64,000 nt of DNA from Rhodothermales bacterium (GTDB taxonomy: Bacteria > Bacteroidota > Rhodothermia > Rhodothermales > VXPQ01). The position numbers and the translations under genes were made by a program. The stretch is from NCBI GenBank assembly GCA_040904565.1, contig JBBDTI010000067.1, forward strand, positions 26,342-90,341, in the 5' to 3' direction. Under the pieces are notes generated by a model. It did no database searches. It saw only the letters and a program-made list of their open reading frames with translations, and had not been told where the DNA came from. Each line of letters opens with the position of its first letter. Positions within the stretch are counted from its first letter, which is position 1. Below, piece by piece: positions 1-8,350 of this stretch.

Positions 1-490
1 CGAGCTGCGTGCGTCGAAGATCATGCAGGAGCGTGCGATGGACAACGACAAGATCGAGTTCATCTGGAACACGGTCGTTACCGATGTCCTGGGCGACAAC
101 CAGGTAGCGGGCCTTAGACTAAAGAACACGGAAGACGACACCGAGTCGGAGCTGCCCGTGGAAGGCTTTTTCGTGGCGATCGGGCACAAGCCGAACACCG
201 ACATCTTCGAAGGGTGGCTCGACATGGACGACAAGGGCTACATCCTGACGAAGCCTGACTCGACGCATACGAACGTCCCCGGCGTGTTTGCCAGTGGTGA
301 TGCGCAGGATCACGTGTATCGCCAGGCGGTTACGGCAGCCGGAACCGGCTGTATGGCGGCGATCGATGCCGAACGCTGGCTGGCGGAGCACAGCGTGATA
401 GAAGTCCCGCGGACGGCGACGGAATATCATGCTGCGGCCGCTGTTGAGAGCGAAGAACAGGAAGGCCTGGTGGAGAAGGGTGCCGAATAG
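1..490 (+). CDS. trxB: Thioredoxin-disulfide reductase, C-terminal part (5' end lies outside the window)
   Basis: [50 protein letters not shown] are hallmark TrxB C-terminal motifs; an acidic tail of about 30 aa follows. Confidence 0.95.
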   Translation, partial: ELRASKIMQERAMDNDKIEFIWNTVVTDVLGDNQVAGLRLKNTEDDTESELPVEGFFVAIGHKPNTDIFEGWLDMDDKGYILTKPDSTHTNVPGVFASGDAQDHVYRQAVTAAGTGCMAAIDAERWLAEHSVIEVPRTATEYHAAAAVESEEQEGLVEKGAE

Positions 491-914
491 TCGCCCCGCG
501 CTATGGCTTGGGCCGGCGAGCGGGTTCCTGCTCGCATTGATACTGGTCGGTTCAGGATGTTCTACGCAGGAGCCTTCTGTCGCGGCGGAAGCCGCTACCG
601 ATTCGATACAGGCGGCCCCGGCTCCGACCGCACCCACGGAACGTCGCCTCGAATCCGGGGACCAGACGGTGAGCCAGCGCCTTCGGGACGCCTCGTTGGC
701 TGCGGAGATACAGCTGGCGCTTATGGATGAACGGGCGCTTCGAGCCTTTCGCTTCGACCCGGTCGTGGTAGACGGACAGGTCCTGTTGCAGGGCAACGTG
801 GAAACGCTGGATCAGCGCGAGCGCGCGGCATCCGTGGCGGCCTCGGTGCCCGGCGTGCAGGACGTCATCAACGAGGTCACGTCGACGGAGTCGCCGGTGG
901 CAGCGACGCCGTAA
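480..914 (+). CDS. BON domain-containing lipoprotein
   Basis: Hydrophobic stretch plus lipobox-like VGSGC; BON motif ([12 protein letters not shown]...[12 protein letters not shown]...[14 protein letters not shown]). GTG at 480 overlaps the trxB end; start is inferred. Confidence 0.8.
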   Translation: MPNSRPALWLGPASGFLLALILVGSGCSTQEPSVAAEAATDSIQAAPAPTAPTERRLESGDQTVSQRLRDASLAAEIQLALMDERALRAFRFDPVVVDGQVLLQGNVETLDQRERAASVAASVPGVQDVINEVTSTESPVAATP

Positions 915-998
915 GGTGCCGGCGCGACACGAGCCCGAAGGGCGACGGACGAGCGCAGCGAGTAAGTGCAACGCGGACCGCGAAATTTATCAACGGTC

Positions 999-1862
999 CT
1001 AGCTCTTGAACAGGTGGCGCAGTACGAACCAGACGTTTTCTTTCCGCTCTCGTAGTCTGCGGCTGAAGTACGGCATCCATTCCGTCCCATACGGTAGATA
1101 AACCCGCATGCGGTAGCCGTCCTGCGCGATCTGTTTCTGGGTCTCGGGACGGATGCCGTACAGCATCTGGTATTCGAAGCGGTCGCGGTCGATGCTTTGT
1201 GCCTCCACGAACGCCCGGGTCGCGCTCAGCAGCAGGTCGTCGTGCGTGGCGATGCCGGGATATCGGGCCTGCTCGATCAAGCGCTGGGCGTAGACCAGAA
1301 ACCGTTCGCGAATGACGTCCATGTTCTGATAGGCGATCTCCGCCGGCTCGTTGTAGGCCCCCTTGCAGATGCGGACGCGTGCATTCAGTTCGCACATCCG
1401 TTCGACGTCCCGCTCCGTCCGCTTCAGATAGGCCTGGAGTACGACGCCGACGTGATTCGGATAGTGTGGGTAGACCGTTTCGAAGAGGTTGAGCGTAGAC
1501 GCCGTGGTATCGCTGCCTTCCATGTCGAGGCGGATGAAGACGTCCCGGTCGGCGGCGACGTCGAGGAGGTGCCGCAGGTTATCGAGACAGAATGCCTCGT
1601 CGATCTTCTGGCCGATCATCGACAGCTTGATCGATATGTTGGCGTCCAGGCCGCGTTCGTCGCGTTCCCGTGCGAGCGTGTGCACGAGGTCGATGTAGGC
1701 GTCTCGCGCACGGAGCGCTACCTCCCGGTCACGGACGTATTCCCCGAGGAGATCGAGCGCCACGTGCATGCCGTCGGCATTGAGGTCTCGAACCACGTCC
1801 AGAGCCTCCTCGAGCGTTTCTCCCGCGACGAACCGACGGGCGAGGAAGAAGAGAAGGCGCAT
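999..1862 (-). CDS. Monofunctional proline dehydrogenase
   Basis: RRFVAGE, DLLGE, SIKLS, RLDME, VLQAYL, RICKGAY, IATHD, EYQMLYG, YLPYG...YFSRRLRER motifs. Confidence 0.93.
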   Translation of the reverse strand: MRLLFFLARRFVAGETLEEALDVVRDLNADGMHVALDLLGEYVRDREVALRARDAYIDLVHTLARERDERGLDANISIKLSMIGQKIDEAFCLDNLRHLLDVAADRDVFIRLDMEGSDTTASTLNLFETVYPHYPNHVGVVLQAYLKRTERDVERMCELNARVRICKGAYNEPAEIAYQNMDVIRERFLVYAQRLIEQARYPGIATHDDLLLSATRAFVEAQSIDRDRFEYQMLYGIRPETQKQIAQDGYRMRVYLPYGTEWMPYFSRRLRERKENVWFVLRHLFKS

Positions 1863-1948
1863 GGAACGATTAATCTGGGAGAGGAGAAACGGAATGGACA
1901 CCGTGTTCCTGGAGCGCGGCGAACGTACGTGGAGGGACCGCGACAGCG

Positions 1949-3094
1949 CTAACCGGAGAGGGCACGGTCGAGATCCTCGATCAGATCGTCCACATGTTCG
2001 AGTCCGACCGAGAGCCGAACGAGATTGTCCGGCGTCGCCGTCGGTTGTTCTTCGATCGACGCACGGTGCTCGATCAGGCTCTCCGTTCCACCGAGGCTCG
2101 TGGCCCGCGCGAATACGTGGGTCCGCCCGACTACAGCCAGCGTATCCTCGGCCGTGCCGTCGACCTGAAACGAAAGCATCCCGCCAAAATCATCCATCTG
2201 CCGTGCTGCGACGTCGTGGCCGGGATGGGACGGATGGCCGGCATAGTGCACGTGCGTTACGCGGGGATGCTCGTAGAGGAAATCGGCGACGGACCGGGCG
2301 TTTCTAGCATGGAGCGCCATACGTGCTCCCAGGGACCGCATGCCCCGCATCGCGAGCCAGGCACTGAACGGATCGAGCACGGCTCCTGCCGATCGCTGTT
2401 CGGCACGCACGCGGGTCCACCAGTCGTCATCGTACTTTGTCACGACCACCCCGCCCAGGACGTCCGAATGTCCCGACAGGTACTTCGTGACGGAGTGCAT
2501 GACGTAATCCGCACCCAGCTCCAGCGGTCGCTGCAGGAGGGGCGTCGCCCACGTAGAATCCACGATGAGGCGGCTGTTCGCGTCGTGGACCACGTTCGCC
2601 ACGGCACGAAGATCCGTAATCTTGGAGAGCGGATTCGACGGCGTTTCCGCCCACACGATGCGTGTTTCAGGGAGGAGTGCGTGCTCCAGTGCGTCAAGAT
2701 CGGTCATGTCGACCGTGGTTACGTGCAGTCCCCAGGGCTCGAAGGAATCTCTCAGCAGACGCCGCACGCCGTAATAGACGTCGTCGGGTATGATGACGTG
2801 ATCTCCGGGACGAAGGGACTGAAATACGGCGGCTGTAGCCGCCATGCCGGATGCAAAGGCGGAAGCGTCGACGCCTCCCTCAAGGAGCGTCATGGCGTCC
2901 TCGAACCGCCTCCTCGTAGGGTTGGCATTGCGCGTGTATACGTAACCCCCGGGATAGGACCCGTCGGCTGCCCGTTCGTAGGTGGTCGAGAGATGCACGG
3001 GGGAAACCAGGTCGCGTGCCGGAGGCTGCGGGTCGCATCCGACCTGTGCGAGGATCGTTTCGATGCGGGACATGTCGTGCAGGTGTGCATCCAT
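1949..3094 (-). CDS. PLP-dependent transsulfuration enzyme (cystathionine gamma-synthase/lyase family)
   Basis: YTRNANPT, FASGMAA, ETPSNP, HSVTKYLSGHSDV (PLP lysine), SLGGTESL, RLSVGLE. Confidence 0.92.
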   Translation of the reverse strand: MDAHLHDMSRIETILAQVGCDPQPPARDLVSPVHLSTTYERAADGSYPGGYVYTRNANPTRRRFEDAMTLLEGGVDASAFASGMAATAAVFQSLRPGDHVIIPDDVYYGVRRLLRDSFEPWGLHVTTVDMTDLDALEHALLPETRIVWAETPSNPLSKITDLRAVANVVHDANSRLIVDSTWATPLLQRPLELGADYVMHSVTKYLSGHSDVLGGVVVTKYDDDWWTRVRAEQRSAGAVLDPFSAWLAMRGMRSLGARMALHARNARSVADFLYEHPRVTHVHYAGHPSHPGHDVAARQMDDFGGMLSFQVDGTAEDTLAVVGRTHVFARATSLGGTESLIEHRASIEEQPTATPDNLVRLSVGLEHVDDLIEDLDRALSG

Positions 3095-3259
3095 GGAACG
3101 TGTGCGCTAGGTTAGTCGTGGTTGTACCGCTCGAAGCACGTATCGAGTGTGCCCGGAAGCCTGTTGAACTTCACGGCCTTTGTGGTCGGGACCTTTCTTT
3201 CTGAGCTATGTACTGAGAGTAGCGAACGACGAGCAATCAAGAGGTAGAGATTCTACAAA

Positions 3260-3898
3260 ATGGATATCAGTGCACTGCGACGCGAGTACCGGGACGCAAA
3301 CCTCGACGAGGAAGACGTCGAGGCGCACCCGGTCGATCAGTTTAAGATATGGTTTGATGAGGCGCTCGACGCGGAGAGCCGAGATCCGAGCGGCATGACG
3401 CTCTCGACCTCCGACGCGGCGGGGCGACCGTCAGCCCGAATCGTACTGCTGAAGAAGTTCGACCGTGACGGGTTCGTCTTCTTTACGAACTACGAGAGCC
3501 GAAAGGCACGTGATCTCGAGGAAAATCCATGGGCCGCGCTCACGTTCTGGTGGAACGAGATCGATCGGCAGGTGCGGGTCGAGGGACGCGTTCGACGCAC
3601 GCCGAGGGCGGTTTCGGTAGAATACTTTGTCGGACGACCTCGTGACAGCCAGATCGGCGCCGTGGCCTCGGCGCAGAGCAGCCGCCTCGCCGATCGCGAT
3701 GCGTTGATCGACAGGGTCGACGTCGTGAGAGAGCGGTTTGCCGATCGTGACGTTCCCTGTCCGAAGAACTGGGGCGGATACCTGCTCGAGCCGAATGCGT
3801 TCGAATTCTGGCAGGGGCGGCAGAGTCGGCTGCACGACCGTATCGCCTACCGGATGGATGAGCGCGGTGGCTGGAAGATCGAGCGACTCGCGCCTTAA
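3260..3898 (+). CDS. pdxH: Pyridoxine/pyridoxamine 5'-phosphate oxidase
   Basis: LRREY, RIVLLK, FFTNYESRK, RQVRVEG, EFWQGRQSRLHDR, ERLAP. Confidence 0.96.
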   Translation: MDISALRREYRDANLDEEDVEAHPVDQFKIWFDEALDAESRDPSGMTLSTSDAAGRPSARIVLLKKFDRDGFVFFTNYESRKARDLEENPWAALTFWWNEIDRQVRVEGRVRRTPRAVSVEYFVGRPRDSQIGAVASAQSSRLADRDALIDRVDVVRERFADRDVPCPKNWGGYLLEPNAFEFWQGRQSRLHDRIAYRMDERGGWKIERLAP

Positions 3899-3914
3899 AG
3901 CGCCGGTTAGCGGG

Positions 3915-4379
3915 TTATCGGAACGCGCGGTCCGTGTATTCGTGGAGGGCGGCGCGATTCACGATGCGAAGAGAGGGCGTACTCAATCTCCCGGACGCCG
4001 TTCTTCGAAACGTGGCCCGCAGGAACAGCTCTTTGTTCGACGGCGCGGCGCCGGCGAAGCTGAACCCGCCCCAGTGGAAGATCCAGAAGGCCGAGTCCGG
4101 TTCGACGCGCAGCGTTCGTGCGACGAGCTCCACGAGGAGGGGCGCGTCGTCCAGCGTCGAACGTCCCGGATTCGCCGACAGCTCGTCGAGCACGACCGTG
4201 AGCGGACGCTGAACGCTCTCGGCCGAACGGTAGAGGCGTACGCGGCACTCGGACATCGACGTGTAGCCGCGCCAGGTGAACGTCGTATCGACCAGCATCT
4301 GAGCTGACGCCGTGGCGGCAGTCCCTGCGCCAACCAGCGAGAGGAAGACTAGGACGGATATGCTAAGGCGGGTGTGCAT
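3915..4379 (-). CDS. Hypothetical secreted protein
   Basis: Signal peptide ending ASA-Q; fills the gap between pdxH and the next gene; no family recognised. Confidence 0.7.
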   Translation of the reverse strand: MHTRLSISVLVFLSLVGAGTAATASAQMLVDTTFTWRGYTSMSECRVRLYRSAESVQRPLTVVLDELSANPGRSTLDDAPLLVELVARTLRVEPDSAFWIFHWGGFSFAGAAPSNKELFLRATFRRTASGRLSTPSLRIVNRAALHEYTDRAFR

Positions 4380-4438
4380 GCTCCACTAGACCCACCGGCA
4401 CGGCAGATGTAACCTCTGCGCGTACCGATCGATGCGCG

Positions 4439-5614
4439 TCAGGCCACCGCCACCATCCGCATCTCCTCGAGAAACTTGACCGTACCGCTCGGCGGGCGGT
4501 AGACCTCGATGTGCTGCGAAAGGTTTTGCGAGTGGATGAATGCCTGAATCTTGCGGATATACGTGTCGTTGAGCATCGTGCCTGCGCGCAGGAGTTTGGC
4601 CTGATATTCGACGGACTGCACGTCGCGGGCGAGGACGTCCATGTTCTGGAGCCGACTGATGACCGGATTTTCCAGCCTGATGGACTCCATGGTGAGGGTC
4701 ATGAGGAGGTGCAGATTCTCTTTCAGCCGAAGGCCGATTAGTTTCTGGTCGGCGTGCGCGCTGGCGAGCTCGCTCGGTTTTGGGATGGTGCCGAACGGCA
4801 TCGCGATGGGTTCCAGAGGCAGGTGGAGCTGGGCCGTGCCTCGTGCCTGCGCGGCCGATCGAAGGACGTCTTCGGTCAGCCCCATAACGTCTTTCAACGT
4901 CCGGAGGAGTCTGGTCTGAGAGAACTCGACTTGCCGGTGCACGGACTGCAGGAGCCGGTTCCCGTTTTCATCGTCAAGGTCGATGCGTACGTTCAGCCAT
5001 TTCCCGGTCCCGGCCTGGAGGATGAGTATGGGTGCCCAGGCGCTGTAAACAGGATTCTCGCCCGTCTGTCGGGGATCGACTTCTTCGACGGGCTCCAGGT
5101 CCATCTGGCTGAACACGTTGCTGAGGACCGTAGGGTCCGTGAGCTCTTCGAGCAGCACATCGATCGTACGCCCCGGCTTCTTCCTGGCGGACTCCACCAC
5201 GTCGGACTTGTGGGTGTCGCCGGCGAGCACGTGTTTGATGACGCGCAGGCGCGCCTCCATCTCCTGCATGCTCGTCGGCTTGATGATAAAGTCGTCCGCT
5301 CCGGCGTCGAGCACCCACGCCGCGTCGATGCGTCGATTCTCCGGCACGAGTGCCACGAGATAGACGTCGGGCTTGGCGTCGCGCATGGCGCGACAGACCT
5401 GCTCGAAATCGACCAGCAGCGTGTCGAGCGACAGCAACGCCAGCTCGGGCGACTCCGGCTGGTAGAGGAGGCACGCGGCAGCGAGCTCGTCGCGCAGCTC
5501 GTCTACCGTAAAACCGAGCCGCTCGAGGATGCGTCGCAGCGTCACCCTCGTCACGACATTCGATTCGGCGACGAGCGCGCGCATGGTCGGCATATGTTCT
5601 CCGGAAGCGCTCAA
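4439..5614 (-). CDS. Response-regulator-like protein with an atypical receiver domain and an uncharacterised C-terminal region
   Basis: N-terminal receiver fold (ALVAES...AGADDFIIKP...EARL); start overlaps the upstream stop at 5611-5614. Confidence 0.8.
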   Translation of the reverse strand: MSASGEHMPTMRALVAESNVVTRVTLRRILERLGFTVDELRDELAAACLLYQPESPELALLSLDTLLVDFEQVCRAMRDAKPDVYLVALVPENRRIDAAWVLDAGADDFIIKPTSMQEMEARLRVIKHVLAGDTHKSDVVESARKKPGRTIDVLLEELTDPTVLSNVFSQMDLEPVEEVDPRQTGENPVYSAWAPILILQAGTGKWLNVRIDLDDENGNRLLQSVHRQVEFSQTRLLRTLKDVMGLTEDVLRSAAQARGTAQLHLPLEPIAMPFGTIPKPSELASAHADQKLIGLRLKENLHLLMTLTMESIRLENPVISRLQNMDVLARDVQSVEYQAKLLRAGTMLNDTYIRKIQAFIHSQNLSQHIEVYRPPSGTVKFLEEMRMVAVA

Positions 5615-6468
5615 GGTATTATCGCTATTTCAGCCAGTACGGGGAGATGATCGGAGGGAAACCGATCACCCCATGTATCGGACAGAACGGCGTGCTTCAT
5701 AACCTTCATTCCGTTATTCACAAAGATGAAGTCGATGCGCCGGTCCGGCTCGACGGCCTCGAACCCGCTCCACGTCGACGTGGGGCCGTGATGCGGCGTG
5801 CGGGACGCCGCAAGGGCGTCGGCCAAACCACCCGTGAGAATCCTGTACGGCTCTCCTGACTCGACGGTGTTGAAATCACCGGTGAGCACGACCGGAAGGT
5901 CGTCGGCCAGCATCTCGATGCGCTCGAGGATCAGCTCGGCGCTTCGGGCGCGCGCCTCCTCGCCGCGGTGGTCGAAATGGGTATTGACGGCGAGAAAGCG
6001 TTCGTTGGTTTCGCGATCGCGAAACTCCGCCCACGTGGCGATCCGCTCGATCGCCGCATCCCAGGATTTGCTGCCGGGCACCTCGGGTGTCTCGGAGAGC
6101 CAGAACGTATCGTGCCGGAGCGCCTCCAGGCGATCGGTTCGGTAGAAGATGGGGGAGAATTCGCCGGCCTCTTCACCGTCCGCGCGACCGACACCGAGCC
6201 AGTTGTATTCGGGCAGGAGCGCTTGGAGATCGTCGATTTGCCCCTTGAGAGCTTCCTGGAGTCCGGCTACATCCGCGCCGTGGAATCGAATCATGCTGGC
6301 GACCATCTCCTTGCGCTTAGGCCAGGCATCCGGCCCGTCGTCCGGGTTGTCGAAGCGAATATTGAACGTCATCGCGCGCAGCGGCTCGGCGTCCTCGATG
6401 TTGCGTGAGGATACGCATCCTGCCAGCAGGGTGATGCTCAGCAGCAAGAGCAGATGGGAATGGCCCAT
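5611..6468 (-). CDS. Endonuclease/exonuclease/phosphatase (EEP) family lipoprotein
   Basis: Lipobox LAGC; MTFNIR, GLQE, NTHFDH, TGDFN, RIDFIF, SDHLP. Confidence 0.92.
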   Translation of the reverse strand: MGHSHLLLLLSITLLAGCVSSRNIEDAEPLRAMTFNIRFDNPDDGPDAWPKRKEMVASMIRFHGADVAGLQEALKGQIDDLQALLPEYNWLGVGRADGEEAGEFSPIFYRTDRLEALRHDTFWLSETPEVPGSKSWDAAIERIATWAEFRDRETNERFLAVNTHFDHRGEEARARSAELILERIEMLADDLPVVLTGDFNTVESGEPYRILTGGLADALAASRTPHHGPTSTWSGFEAVEPDRRIDFIFVNNGMKVMKHAVLSDTWGDRFPSDHLPVLAEIAIIP

Positions 6469-6550
6469 ATCAATTCTCCTTCAGGTTAAGTTACATCCGA
6501 TCGCTTCCGGTGTCTGCGGCCATTTTCGGCGTTCCAGCAAGAGGCCGCAG

Positions 6551-6610
6551 GTGAAACACGCTGCAGCAGGGTGAAGCAAGGTGTAGCAGGGTGCAGCAGC
6601 GTTCACCACG
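6551..6610. repeat. Six degenerate tandem 10-bp repeats (consensus GTGCAGCAGG)
   Basis: GTGAAACACG CTGCAGCAGG GTGAAGCAAG GTGTAGCAGG GTGCAGCAGC GTTCACCACG in a divergent intergenic region. Confidence 0.7.
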
Positions 6611-6849
6611 GCGTGGGTGGGCGGTCTCCGGGCCGATCCCCCATGCAGAAGAAAAGCATCCTCGCACTGCGAAGCATAGTGCCGAAAATCGACCTGCTGC
6701 GGTGTGGACGCACGGTCTTCCCGGCGGAGGGTCTTTTTCGAATCTTGAGGGTGGCAGCGGAACGACGCTGCCCGTACCCCCCTTCAAGACAGGTATGCCC
6801 GCGGGTACGGGCTGGGGAGTGAGGTTACGATGCATGTAGACGAGACCCG

Positions 6850-8142
6850 ATGAGCGATATGCCACAGGTAGCCGGGGAAATACGATCCGCGGCGTTTCTT
6901 TTTAATGGACGGTATCACGTATTGATAGAATCCGACGGCGGCGGTCACTCCGCCTATGAAGGGCACCTGCTGACGCCCGAGCTGGGCATGGGGACGTGTC
7001 TGTACGTGGAGGACGTGGAAGCCGGACGGATCTGGACGGCGGGGTCGAAGGCTGTGCCTGCGGAATCGGCGTCGTACCGATTCGGAAGTGGGCCCGGCGC
7101 CTACCGCATGCGGCGGACCGAGGAGCCCGTGCGTGTTACGACGGACGTCTGCGTCGTTCCCAACCGCGATGCGGAACTCCGGCGATATACTGTTTCCAAC
7201 CGGTCCGACCAAAGCAGGGTCGTCCGGTTGACGTGGATGACGGTGGTCGAGTCGGGCGGCGTTCCGGTGGTGACGGAGCGGGTGGACGATGGCGTGATGG
7301 CCGTACGGCGGGTGCCGAAGGGCGGCGAGATCTACTGGCTTCACGGACTCGTGAGGCCGCGCGGCGCGCTGCGTGCGGTGGAGACGAATGGTTCATCGTT
7401 CTTCGGGCCGGAGTGGTCCCATGAGCGTCCGCCGGGGCTCGAGGAGGGCCTATCGGACGAGACCGGGAGCGGCGAGGATGCCGTGCTGGGACTCCAGACG
7501 GAGGCCGAGATCGAACCGAATGCGGAGCAGACGTTCACGCTCGCGTGCAGTGCCGCCCGGTCGCGCCGCGCCGTTGAGTCCGCCGTCACGGCGCTCGCGA
7601 ACCCGCAGGTGGTCGACGACGCATTCCTGGAGGCGGCGCTGAACGAACAGCGTGCACGTGACGGACTCAAGCTCGACCCAAAGACCGCCGCACGGTTTCA
7701 CGCCGTCGCCGCGGCCATGCTCCGTGGTTCGCTGCGAGGGGAGCACCTCGATCTGTCCACCGAAGATGAGATCATTGCGGAAGCGGCGGCTCGACTAGGT
7801 CTGGATCCGGAACGACTGCTGGTGGTCTGCCGGGTGTCGGACGAGTCCGAGTTGGATGTCGCTAAGACGGCGCTGAAGGCCAAGGCCTTCTGGAGCACGC
7901 TCGGCCTTCCGGTGCAGCTCCTTATCCTGAACGCGATGGAGGGTCCCGGTGCCAACGCGCTGCAGCAGAAACTGCACGAAAGCGTGGAGCTCGACGATGC
8001 ATCGGAGCGAGACATCCTTCTTCGGCATGCCGACGTCGTTACGCCGGCGGACCAGAAGGCCGTTCAGGCCGCGGCTCAGCTCATTCTGACCCGCGATCGC
8101 GTCGGGCTGCTGCGCGGGGACGTCGATATCCCTTCCGGATGA
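6850..8142 (+). CDS. Protein resembling an internal segment (GH94 N-terminal beta-supersandwich plus linker) of cyclic beta-1,2-glucan synthase Cgs/NdvB; no catalytic domain
   Basis: FLFNGRYHVLI..DGGGHS, DAELRRYTVSNRS, ETNGSSFFG, KAFWSTLGLPVQLLILN parallel the Cgs/NdvB motifs LSNGRYSVM, ELRRVTLTN, ETDRARFIG, HEYWRxKGLxVDLVILN. Confidence 0.65.
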   Translation: MSDMPQVAGEIRSAAFLFNGRYHVLIESDGGGHSAYEGHLLTPELGMGTCLYVEDVEAGRIWTAGSKAVPAESASYRFGSGPGAYRMRRTEEPVRVTTDVCVVPNRDAELRRYTVSNRSDQSRVVRLTWMTVVESGGVPVVTERVDDGVMAVRRVPKGGEIYWLHGLVRPRGALRAVETNGSSFFGPEWSHERPPGLEEGLSDETGSGEDAVLGLQTEAEIEPNAEQTFTLACSAARSRRAVESAVTALANPQVVDDAFLEAALNEQRARDGLKLDPKTAARFHAVAAAMLRGSLRGEHLDLSTEDEIIAEAAARLGLDPERLLVVCRVSDESELDVAKTALKAKAFWSTLGLPVQLLILNAMEGPGANALQQKLHESVELDDASERDILLRHADVVTPADQKAVQAAAQLILTRDRVGLLRGDVDIPSG

Positions 8143-8350
8143 CGGTTTGCCGGCGCCTCGTTTTCCCACTTCCTATTATGTGTGGAGGCCGTAGCCCCGA
8201 CCGACGGCGTCGCCGATCGGATGGCATGTGAAGACGGGACGGCTCCCCGGCAAGGTGTCCAAAAGGTCTCGCGCCTACAGCACGTCCACGACCTTCTGGC
8301 GGTTCGGACGGGCGACACGTTTGGCGGCGCGGCCCGAAATACCCGGCTGT

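Noticed and set aside
6551-6610. Possible CRISPR array, also considered for 34053-34094 and 49833-49899
   Set aside because: Units of 10-18 bp without unique spacers, and no cas genes.
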